DNA of 64,000 bases from Azolla caroliniana (lineage: Eukaryota > Plantae > Polypodiophyta): assembly GCA_043228905.1 (NCBI GenBank), contig JBHGNT010000050.1, positions 115,177 through 179,176 of the forward strand. Direction: 5' to 3'. Of this stretch, positions 52,200-64,000 are shown one piece after another. Position numbers and translations under genes: made by a program. Each line of letters starts with the position of its first letter. The stretch's first letter is position 1. The notes below the pieces were generated by a model, which was given only the letters and a program-made list of their open reading frames with translations, was not told the origin of the DNA and did no database searches.

Positions 52200-55100
52200 G
52201 AAATCCGATATCACACGAGCCAGGTATGACCATTTTAATTTACTCACTCGCTCTTCTCAACTCCCTCCTCAAATATGCTAATTTCTTCATGTCTCTCGAC
52301 CTGAGTTTCAAAATCTCGATTTTTTAATTCTATATCATAGCTAGCCTTGTTAGTTTCGATTCGCATGTTTGAACACAGAAATCCGATATCACACGAGCCA
52401 GGTATGACCATTTTAATTTACTCACTCGCTCTTCTCAACTCCCTCCTCCAACATGCTAATTTCCTCATGTCTTTTGACGTCAGTTTCAAAATCTTGATTT
52501 TTTAATTCTATATCATAGCTAGCCTTGTTAGTTTCGATTTGCATGTTTGAACACAGAAATCCGATATCACACGAGCCAGGTATGACCATTTTAATTTACT
52601 CACACGCTCTTCTCAACTCCCTCCTCCAGCATGCTAATTTCCTCATGTCTTTCGACGTCAGTTTCGAAATCACGATTTTTTAAGTCTATATCATAGCTAG
52701 CCTTGTGAGCTTCGATTTGCATGTTTGAACACAGAAATCCGATATCACACGAGCCAGGTATGACCATTTTAATTTACTCACGGGCTCTTCTCAACTCCCT
52801 CCTCAAATATGCTAATTTCCTCATGTCTCTCGACCTGAGTTTCAAAATCTCGATTTTTTAATTCTATATCATAGCTAGCCTTGTTAGTTTCGATTCGCAT
52901 GTTTGAACAGAGAAATCCGATATCACACGAGCCAGGTATGACCATCTCTTCTCAACTCCCTCCTCAAATATGCTAATTTCTTCATGTCTCTCGACCTGAG
53001 TTTCAAAATCTCGATTTTTTAATTCTATTTCATAGCTAGCCTTGTTAGTTTCGATTCGCATGTTTGAACACAGAAATCCGATATCACACGAGCCAGGTAT
53101 GACCATTTTAATTTACTCACTCGCTCTTCTCAACTCCCTCCTCAAATATGCTAATTTCTTCATGTCTCTCGACCTGAGTTTCAAAATCTCGATTTTTTAA
53201 TTCTATATCATAGCTAGCCTTGTTAGTTTCGATTCGCATGTTTGAACACAGAAATCCGATATCACACGAGCCAGGTATGACCATTTTAATTTACTCACTC
53301 GCTCTTCTCAACTCCCTCCTCCAGCATGCTAATTTCCTCATGTCTTTCGACGTCAGTTTCGAAATCACGATTTTTTAAGTCTATATCATAGCTAGCCTTG
53401 TTAGTTTCGATTCGCATGTTTGAACACAGAAATCCGATATCACACGAGCCAGGTATGACCATTTTAATTTACTCACACGCTCTTCTCAACTCCCTCCTCA
53501 AATATGCTAATTTCTTCATGTCTCTCGACCTGAGTTTCAAAATCTCGATTTTTTAATTCTATATCATAGCTAGCCTTGTTAGCTTCGATTCGCATGTTTG
53601 AACACAGAAATCCGATATCACACGAGCCAGGTATGACCATTTTAATTTACTCACTGGCTCTTCTCAACTCCCTCCTCAAATATGCTAATTTCCTCATGTC
53701 TCTTGACCTGAGTTTCAAAATCTCGATTTTTTAATTCTATATCATAGCTAGCCTTGTTAGCTTCGATTCACATGTTTGAACACAGAAATCCGATATCACA
53801 CGAGCCAGGTATGACCATTTTAATTTACTCACTCGCTCTTCTCAACTCCCTCCTCCAACATGCTAATTTCCTCATGTCTTTTGACGTCAGTTTCAAAATC
53901 TCGATTTTTTAATTCTATATCATAGCTAGCCTTGTTAGCTTCGATTCGCATGTTTGAACACAGAAATCCGATATCACACGAGCCAGGTATGACCATTTTA
54001 ATTTACTCACTCGCTCTTCTCAACTCCCTCCTCAAATATGCTAATTTCTTCATGTCTCTCGACCTGAGTTTCAAAATCTCGATTTTTTAATTCTATATCA
54101 TAGCTAGCCTTGTTAGTTTCGATTCGCATGTTTGAACACAGAAATCCGATATCACACGAGCCAGGTATGACCATTTTAATTTACTCACTCGCTCTTCTCA
54201 ACTCCCTCCTCCAGCATGCTAATTTCCTCATGTCTTTCGACGTCAGTTTCGAAATCACGATTTTTTAAGTCTATATCATAGCTAGCCTTGTGAGCTTCGA
54301 TTTGCATGTTTGAACACAGAAATCCGATATCACACGAGCCAGGTATGACCATTTTAATTTACTCACGGGCTCTTCTCAACTCCCTCCTCAAATATGCTAA
54401 TTTCCTCATGTCTCTCGACCTGAGTTTCAAAATCTCGATTTTTTAATTCTATATCATAGCTAGCCTTGTTAGTTTCGATTCGCATGTTTGAACAGAGAAA
54501 TCCGATATCACACGAGCCAGGTATGACCATTTTAATTTACTCACTCGCTCTTCTCAACTCCCTCCTCAAATATGCTAATTTCTTCATGTCTCTCGACCTG
54601 AGTTTCAAAATCTCGATTTTTTAATTCTATTTCATAGCTAGCCTTGTTAGTTTCGATTCGCATGTTTGAACACAGAAATCCGATATCACACGAGCCAGGT
54701 ATGACCATTTTAATTTACTCACTCGCTCTTCTCAACTCCCTCCTCAAATATGCTAATTTCTTCATGTCTCTCGACCTGAGTTTCAAAATCTCGATTTTTT
54801 AATTCTATATCATAGCTAGCCTTGTTAGTTTCGATTCGCATGTTTGAACACAGAAATCCGATATCACACGAGCCAGGTATGACCATTTTAATTTACTCAC
54901 TCGCTCTTCTCAACTCCCTCCTCCAGCATGCTAATTTCCTCATGTCTTTCGACGTCAGTTTCGAAATCACGATTTTTTAAGTCTATATCATAGCTAGCCT
55001 TGTTAGTTTCGATTCGCATGTTTGAACACAGAAATCCGATATCACACGAGCCAGGTATGACCATTTTAATTTACTCACACGCTCTTCTCAACTCCCTCCT

Positions 55101-58100
55101 CAAATATGCTAATTTCTTCATGTCTCTCGACCTGAGTTTCAAAATCTCGATTTTTTAATTCTATATCATAGCTAGCCTTGTTAGCTTCGATTCGCATGTT
55201 TGAACACAGAAATCCGATATCACACGAGCCAGGTATGACCATTTTAATTTACTCACTGGCTCTTCTCAACTCCCTCCTCAAATATGCTAATTTCCTCATG
55301 TCTCTTGACCTGAGTTTCAAAATCTCGATTTTTTAATTCTATATCATAGCTAGCCTTGTTAGTTTCGATTCGCATGTTTGAACACAGAAATCCGATATCA
55401 CACGAGCCAGGTATGACCATTTTAATTTACTCACACGCTCTTCTCAACTCCCTCCTCAAATATGCTAATTTCTTCATGTCTCTCGACCTGAGTTTCAAAA
55501 TCTCGATTTTTTAATTCTATATCATAGCTAGCCTTGTTAGCTTCGATTTACATGTTTGAACACAGAAATCCGATATCACACGAGCCAGGTATGACCATTT
55601 TAATTTACTCAATGGCTCTTCTCAACTCCCTCCTCAAATATGCTAATTTCCTCATGTCTCTCGACCTGAGTTTCAAAATCACGATTTTTTAATTCTATAT
55701 CATAGCTAGCCTTGTTAGCTTCGATTCGCATGTTTGAACACAGAAATCCGATATCACACGAGCCAGGTATGACCATTTTAATTTACTCACTCGCTCTTCT
55801 CAACTCCCTCCTCCAGCATGCTAATTTCCTCATGTCTTTCGACGTCAGTTTCGAAATCACGATTTTTTAAGTCTATATCATAGCTAGCCTTGTGAGCTTC
55901 GATTTGCATGTTTGAACACAGAAATCCGATATCACACGAGCCAGGTATGACCATTTTAATTTACTCACGGGCTCTTCTCAACTCCCTCCTCAAATATGCT
56001 AATTTCCTCATGTCTCTCGACCTGAGTTTCAAAATCTCGATTTTTTAATTCTATATCATAGCTAGCCTTGTTAGCTTCGATTTGCATGTTTGAACACAGA
56101 AATCCGATATCACACGAGCCAGGTATGACCATTTTAATTTACTCACCGGCTCTTCTCAACTCCCTCCTCAAATATGCTAATTTCCTCATGTCTCTCGACC
56201 TGAGTTTCAAAATCTCGATTTTTTAATTCTATATCATAGCTAGCCTTGTTAGCTTCGATTTGCATGTTTGAACACAGAAATCCGATATCACACGAGCCAG
56301 GTATGACCATTTTAATTTACTCACTGACTCTTCTCAACTCCCTCCTCCAGCATGCTAATTTCCTCATGTCTCTCGACCTGAGTTTCAAAATCTCGATTTT
56401 TTAATTCTATATCATAGCTAGCCTTGTTAGTTTCGATTCGCATGTTTGAACACAGAAATCCGATATCACACGAGCCAGGTATGACCATTTTAATTTACTC
56501 ACACGCTCTTCTCAACTCCCTCCTCAAATATGCTAATTTCTTCATGTCTCTCGACCTGAGTTTCAAAATCTCGATTTTTTAATTCTATATCATAGCTAGC
56601 CTTGTTAGCTTCGATTTACATGTTTGAACACAGAAATCCGATATCACACGAGCCAGGTATGACCATTTTAATTTACTCACTAGCTCTTCTCAACTCCCTC
56701 CTCAAATATGCTAATTTCTTCATGTCTCTCGACCTGAGTTTCAAAATCTCGATTTTTTAATTCTATATCATAGCTAGCCTTGTTAGCTTCGATTCGCATG
56801 TTTGAACACAGAAATCCGATATCACACGAGCCAGGTATGACCATTTTAATTTACTCACTGGCTCTTCTCAACTCCCTCCTCAAATATGCTAATTTCCTCA
56901 TGTCTCTTGACCTGAGTTTCAAAATCTCGATTTTTTAATTCTATATCATAGCTAGCCTTGTTAGTTTCGATTCGCATGTTTGAACACAGAAATCCGATAT
57001 CACACGAGCCAGGTATGACCATTTTAATTTACTCACACGCTCTTCTCAACTCCCTCCTCAAATATGCTAATTTCTTCATGTCTCTCGACCTGAGTTTCAA
57101 AATCTCGATTTTTTAATTCTATATCATAGCTAGCCTTGTTAGCTTCGATTTACATGTTTGAACACAGAAATCCGATATCACACGAGCCAGGTATGACCAT
57201 TTTAATTTACTCACTGGCTCTTCTCAACTCCCTCCTCAAATATGCTAATTTCCTCATATCTCTCGACCTGAGTTTCAAAATCTCGATTTTTTAATTCTAT
57301 ATCATAGCTAGCCTTGTTAGTTTCGATTTGCATGTTTGAACACAGAAATCCGATATCACACGAGCCAGGTATGACCATTTTAATTTACTCACTGGCTCTT
57401 CTCAACTCCCTCCTCAAATATGCTAATTTCTTCATGTCTCTCGACCTGAGTTTCAAAATCTCGATTTTTTAATTCTATATCATAGCTAGCCTTGTTAGCT
57501 TCGATTCGCATGTTTGAACACAGAAATCCGATATCACACGAGCCAGGTATGACCATTTTAATTTACTCACTGGCTCTTCTCAACTCCCTCCTCAAATATG
57601 CTAATTTCTTCATGTCTCTCGACCTGAGTTTCAAAATCTCGATTTTTTAATTCTATATCATAGCTAGCCTTGTTAGCTTCGATTCGCATGTTTGAACACA
57701 GAAATCCGATATCACACGAGCCAGGTATGACCATTTTAATTTACTCACTCGCTCTTCTCAACTCCCTCCTCAAATATGCTAATTTCCTCATGTCTCTCGA
57801 CCTGAGTTTCAAAATCACTATTTTTTAATTCTATATCATAGCTAGCCTTGTTAGTTTCGATTCGCATGTTTGAACACAGAAATCCGATATCACACGAGCC
57901 AGGTATGACCATTTTAATTTACTCAGTCGCTCTTCTCAACTCCCTCCTCCAGCATGCTAATTTCCTCATGTCTCTCGACGTCAGTTTCGAAATCACGATT
58001 TTTTAAGTCTATATCATAGCTAGCCTTGTTAGTTTCGATTCGCATGTTTGAACACAGAAATCCGATATCACACGAGCCAGGTATGACCATTTTAATTTAC

Positions 58101-61100
58101 TCACACGCTCTTCTCAACTCCCTCCTCAAATATGCTAATTTCCTCATGTCTCTCGACCTGAGTTTCAAAATCTCGATTTTTTAATTCTATATCATAGCTA
58201 GCCTTGTTAGCTTCGATTCGCATGTTTGAACACAGAAATCCGATATCACACGAGCCAGGTATGACCATTTTAATTTACTCACTGGCTCTTCTCAACTCCC
58301 TCCTCAAATATGCTAATTTCCTCATGTCTCTTGACCTGAGTTTCAAAATCTCGATTTTTTAATTCTATATCATAGCTAGCCTTGTTAGCTTCGATTTGCA
58401 TGTTTGAACACTGAAATCCGATATCACACGAGCCAGGTATGACCATTTTAATTTACTCACGGGCTCTTCTCAACTCCCTCCTCAAATATGCTAATTTCCT
58501 CATGTCTCTCGACCTGAGTTTCAAAATCACGATTTTTTAATTCTATATCATAGCTAGCCTTGTTAGTTTCGATTCGCATGTTTGAACACAGAAATCCGAT
58601 ATCACACGAGCCAGGTATGACCATTTTAATTTACTCACTCGCTCTTCTCAACTCCCTCCTCCAGCATGCTAATTTCCTCATGTCTTTCGACGTCAGTTTC
58701 GAAATCACGATTTTTTAAGTCTATATCATAGCTAGCCTTGTTAGTTTCGATTCGCATGTTTGAACACAGAAATCCGATATCACACGAGCCAGGTATGACC
58801 ATTTTAATTTACTCACACGCTCTTCTCAACTCCCTCCTCAAATATGCTAATTTCTTCATGTCTCTCGACCTGAGTTTCAAAATCTCGATTTTTTAATTCT
58901 ATATCATAGCTAGCCTTGTTAGTTTCGATTCGCATGTTTGAACACAGAAATCCGATATCACACGAGCCAGGTATGACCATTTTAATTTACTCACTGGCTC
59001 TTCTCAACTCCCTCCTCAAATATGCTAATTTCCTCATGTCTCTCGACCTGAGTTTCAAAATCACGATTTTTTAAGTCTATATCATAGCTAGCCTTGTGAG
59101 CTTCGATTTGCATGTTTCAACACAGAAATCCGATATCACACGAGCCAGGTATGACCATTTTAATTTACTCACGGGCTCTTCTCAACTCCCTCCTCAAATA
59201 TGCTAATTTCCTCATGTCTCTCGACCTGAGTTTCAAAATCTCGATTTTTTAATTCTATATCATAGCTAGCCTTGTTAGCTTCGATTTGCATGTTTGAACA
59301 CAGAAATCCGATATCACACGAGCCAGGTATGACCATTTTAATTTACTCACCGGCTCTTCTCAACTCCCTCCTCAAATATGCTAATTTCCTCATGTCTCTC
59401 GACCTGAGTTTCAAAATCTCGATTTTTTAATTCTATATCATAGCTAGCCTTGTTAGCTTCGATTTGCATGTTTGAACACAGAAATCCGATATCACACGAG
59501 CCAGGTATGACCATTTTAATTTACTCACTGACTCTTCTCAACTCCCTCCTCCAGCATGCTAATTTCCTCATGTCTCTCGACCTGAGTTTCAAAATCTCGA
59601 TTTTTTAATTCTATATCATAGCTAGCCTTGTTAGTTTCGATTCGCATGTTTGAACACAGAAATCCGATATCACACGAGCCAGGTATGACCATTTTAATTT
59701 ACTCACACGCTCTTCTCAACTCCCTCCTCAAATATGCTAATTTCTTCATGTCTCTCGACCTGAGTTTCAAAATCTCGATTTTTTAATTCTATATCATAGC
59801 TAGCCTTGTTAGCTTCGATTTACATGTTTGAACACAGAAATCCGATATCACACGAGCCAGGTATGACCATTTTAATTTACTCACTAGCTCTTCTCAACTC
59901 CCTCCTCAAATATGCTAATTTCTTCATGTCTCTCGACCTGAGTTTCAAAATCTCGATTTTTTAATTCTATATCATAGCTAGCCTTGTTAGCTTCGATTCG
60001 CATGTTTGAACACAGAAATCCGATATCACACGAGCCAGGTATGACCATTTTAATTTACTCACTGGCTCTTCTCAACTCCCTCCTCAAATATGCTAATTTC
60101 CTCATGTCTCTGGACCTGAGTTTCAAAATCTCGATTTTTTAATTCTATATCATAGCTAGCCTTGTTAGTTTCGATTCGCATGTTTGAACACAGAAATCCG
60201 ATATCACACGAGCCAGGTATGACCATTTTAATTTACTCACACGCTCTTCTCAACTCCCTCCTCAAATATGCTAATTTCTTCATGTCTCTCGACCTGAGTT
60301 TCAAAATCTCGATTTTTTAATTCTATATCATAGCTAGCCTTGTTAGCTTCGATTTACATGTTTGAACACAGAAATCCGATATCACACGAGCCAGGTATGA
60401 CCATTTTAATTTACTCACTGGCTCTTCTCAACTCCCTCCTCAAATATGCTAATTTCCTCATATCTCTCGACCTGAGTTTCAAAATCTCGATTTTTTAATT
60501 CTATATCATAGCTAGCCTTGTTAGTTTCGATTTGCATGTTTGAACACAGAAATCCGATATCACACGAGCCAGGTATGACCATTTTAATTTACTCACTGGC
60601 TCTTCTCAACTCCCTCCTCAAATATGCTAATTTCTTCATGTCTCTCGACCTGAGTTTCAAAATCTCGATTTTTTAATTCTATATCATAGCTAGCCTTGTT
60701 AGCTTCGATTCGCATGTTTGAACACAGAAATCCGATATCACACGAGCCAGGTATGACCATTTTAATTTACTCACTGGCTCTTCTCAACTCCCTCCTCAAA
60801 TATGCTAATTTCCTCATGTCTCTTGACCTGAGTTTCAAAATCTCGATTTTTTAATTCTATATCATAGCTAGCCTTGTTAGTTTCGATTCGCATGTTTGAA
60901 CACAGAAATCCGATATCACACGAGCCAGGTATGACCATTTTAATTTACTCACACGCTCTTCTCAACTCCCTCCTCAAATATGCTAATTTCTTCATGTCTC
61001 TCGACCTGAGTTTCAAAATCTCGATATTTTAATTCTATATCATAGCTAGCCTTGTTAGTTTCGATTCGCATGTTTGAACAGAGAAATCCGATATCACACG

Positions 61101-64000
61101 AGCCAGGTATGACCATTTTAATTTACTCACTCGCTCTTCTCAACTCCCTCCTCAAATATGCTAATTTCTACATGTCTCTCGACCTGAGTTTCAAAATCTC
61201 GATTTTTTAATTCTATTTCATAGCTAGCCTTGTTAGTTTCGATTCGCATGTTTGAACACAGAAATCCGATATCACACGAGCCAGGTATGACCATTTTAAT
61301 TTACTCACTCGCTCTTCTCAACTCCCTCCTCAAATATGCTAATTTCTTCATGTCTCTCGACCTGAGTTTCAAAATCTCGATTTTTTAATTCTATATCATA
61401 GCTAGCCTTGTTAGTTTCGATTCGCATGTTTGAACACAGAAATCCGATATCACACGAGCCAGGTATGACCATTTTAATTTACTCACTCGCTCTTCTCAAC
61501 TCCCTCCTCAAATATGCTAATTTCCTCATGTCTCTCGACCTGAGTTTCAAAATCTCGATATTTTAATTCTATATCATAGCTAGCCTTGTTAGCTTCGATT
61601 TGCATGTTTGAACACTGAAATCCGATATCACACGAGCCAGGTATGACCATTTTAATTTACTCACTGGCTCTTCTCAACTCCCTCCTCAAATATGCTAATT
61701 TCCTCATGTCTCTCGACCTGAGTTTCAAAATCACGATTTTTTATTTCTATATCATAGCTAGCCTTGTTAGTTTCGATTCGCATGTTTGAACACAGAAATC
61801 CGATATCACACGAGCCAGGTATGACCATTTTAATTTACTCACTCGCTCTTCTCAACTCCCTCCTCCAGCATGCTAATTTCCTCATGTCTCTCGACCTGAG
61901 TTTCGAAATCACGATTTTTTAAGTCTATATCATAGCTAGCCTTGTGAGCTTCGATTTGCATGTTTGAACACAGAAATCCGATATCACACGAGCCAGGTAT
62001 GACCATTTTAATTTACTCACGGGCTCTTCTCAACTCCCTCCTCAAATATGCTAATTTCCTCATGTCTCTCGACCTGAGTTTCAAAATCTCGATTTTTTAA
62101 TTCTATATCATAGCTAGCCTTGTTAGCTTCGATTTGCATGTTTGAACACAGAAATCCGATATCACACGAGCCAGGTATGACCATTTTAATTTACTCACTG
62201 ACTCTTCTCAACTCCCTCCTCCAGCATGCTAATTTCCTCATGTCTCTCGACCTGAGTTTCAAAATCTCGATTTTTTAATTCTATATCATAGCTAGCCTTG
62301 TTAGTTTCGATTCGCATGTTTGAACACAGAAATCCGATATCACACGAGCCAGGTATGACCATTTTAATTTACTCACACGCTCTTCTCAACTCCCTCCTCA
62401 AATATGCTAATTTCTTCATGTCTCTCGACCTGAGTTTCAAAATCTCGATTTTTTAATTCTATATCATAGCTAGCCTTGTTAGCTTCGATTTACATGTTTG
62501 AACACAGAAATCCGATATCACACGAGCCAGGTATGACCATTTTAATTTACTCACTGGCTCTTCTCAACTCCCTCCTCAAATATGCTAATTTCCTCATATC
62601 TCTCGACCTGAGTTTCAAAATCACGATTTTTTAATTCTATATCATAGCTAGCCTTGTTAGTTTCAATTCGCATGTTTGAACACAGAAATCCGATATCACA
62701 CGAGCCAGGTATGACCATTTTAATTTACTCACTCGCTCTTCTCAACTCCCTCTTCAAATATGCTAATTTCCTCATGTCTTTCGACGTCAGTTTCAAAATC
62801 TTGATTTTTTAATTCTATATCATAGCTAGCCTTGTTAACTTCGATTCGCATGTTTGAACACAGAAATCCAATATCACACGAGCCAGGTATGACCATTTTA
62901 ATTTACTCACTCGCTCTTCTCAACTCCCTCCTCAAATATGTTAATTTCCTCATGTCTCTCGACCTGAGTTTCAAAATCACGATTTTTTAATTCTATATCA
63001 TAGCTAGCCTTGTTAGCTTCGATTCGCATGTTTGAACACAGAAATCCGATATCACACGAGCCAGGTATGACCATTTTAATTTACTCACTCGCTCTTCTCA
63101 ACTCCCTCCTCAAATATGCTAATTTCCGCATGTCTCTCGATCTGAGTTTCAAAATCTCGATTTTTTAATTCTATATCATACCTAGCGTTCTTAGTTTCAA
63201 TTCGCATGTTTGAACACAGAAATCCGATATCACACGAGCTAGGTATGACCATTTTAATTTACTCCCTCGCTCTTCTCAACTCCCTCCTCCAGCATGCTAA
63301 TTTCCTCATGTCTCTCGACCTGAGTTTCAAAATCACGATTTTTTAAGTCTATATCATAGCTAGCCTTGTTAGTTTCGATTTGCATGTTTGAACACAGAAA
63401 TCCGATATCACACGAGCTAGGTATGACCATTTTAATTTACTCACTGGCTCTCCTGAACTCCCTCCTCAAATATGCTAATTTCCTCATGTCTCTCGACCTG
63501 AGTTTCAAAATCTCGATTTTTTAATTCTATATCATAGCTAGCGTTCTTAGTTTCAATTCGCATGTTTGAACACAGAAATCCGATATCACACGAGCCAGGT
63601 ATGACCATTTTAATTTACTCACTCGCTCTTCTCAACTCCCTCCTCCAACATGCTAATTTCCTCATGTCTCTCGACCTGAGTTTCAAAATCTCGATTTTTT
63701 AATTCTATATCATAGCTAGCCTTGTGAGCTTCGATTTGCATGTTTGAACACAGAAATCCGATATCACACGAGCCAGGTATGACCATTTTAATTTACTCAC
63801 GGGCTCTTCTCAACTCCCTCCTCAAATATGCTAATTTCCTCATGTCTCTCGACCTGAGTTTCAAAATCTCGATTTTTTAATTCTATATCATAGCTAGCCT
63901 TGTTAGCTTCGATTTGCATGTTTGAACACAGAAATCCGATATCACACGAGCCAGGTATGACCATTTTAATTTACTCACCGGCTCTTCTCAACTCCCTCCT
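52200..64000 (+). repeat. Distinct satellite sub-family domain with 9- and 18-monomer offset duplications
   Basis: Variants CCAGCATG, TTTCGAAATCACG, TAAGTCT, GTGAGC and CACGGG become common. CTATTTCAT at 53025/54627 (1602 bp); ACTCACCGGC at 56141/59345 and CTCATATC at 57253/60457 (3204 bp). Confidence 0.85.

Larger units (their letters stand above)
1793..64000 (+). repeat. Satellite DNA array, 178-bp monomer, ~349 head-to-tail copies, continues beyond window (candidate centromeric/pericentromeric satellite)
   Basis: ATCCGATATC anchors recur every 178 bp (e.g. 2343, 2521). Consensus by eye: TAGCCTTGTTAGCTTCGATTCGCATGTTTGAACACAGAAATCCGATATCACACGAGCCAGGTATGACCATTTTAATTTACTCACTCGCTCTTCTCAACTCCCTCCTCAAATATGCTAATTTCCTCATGTCTCTCGACCTGAGTTTCAAAATCTCGATTTTTTAATTCTATATCATAGC. 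Confidence 0.99.

Noticed and set aside
1798-53106. Short 60-80 aa ORFs (e.g. MLASIRMFEHKNPISHEPG...) as genes or a hidden repeat-encoded protein
   Set aside because: They appear only where a variant removes a stop (TTTTAA to TTTAAA) or an indel shifts the frame. 178 is not a multiple of 3 and stops recur, so there is no long frame. Several use non-ATG starts.
1793-64000. CRISPR array or repeat-spacer cassette array beside an RT
   Set aside because: No unique spacers: the whole 178 bp repeats with only point variants. No cas genes, and the RT is PLE-type.
1793-64000. Hammerhead ribozyme / retrozyme satellite or PLE pseudo-LTR multimer
   Set aside because: No CTGANGA core found on either strand of the monomer (closest are CTGAGTT and minus-strand CTGACGT), and no homology to the visible element. 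An atypical ribozyme would need an Infernal search to exclude.
1793-64000. 5S rRNA, tRNA or snRNA tandem gene array
   Set aside because: No recognisable Pol III boxes, cloverleaf or conserved-gene-plus-spacer pattern.

Overview
Eukaryotic-type heterochromatic window with two parts. (1) Positions 1-1792 hold a 5'-truncated but uninterrupted Penelope-like element (PLE) reverse transcriptase ORF on the minus strand. It stops after the thumb region with no C-terminal GIY-YIG endonuclease, and is followed by a pyrimidine-rich trailer containing (CT)31. (2) Positions 1793-64000 are one head-to-tail satellite array of a 178-bp monomer (~349 copies, ~39% GC, single orientation) that I do not recognise. 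It has diverged edge monomers, nested duplications at offsets of 9, 11, 13, 18, 20, 32, 37 and 50 monomers, one out-of-register 2154-bp duplication with an exact microhomology junction, and a variant-set switch near 52.2 kb. The PLE joins the first monomer with no spacer, at the TAGCTAGC site. All short ORFs in the track are satellite artefacts. Centromeric function, host identity and any functional link between the RT and the array cannot be established from sequence alone.
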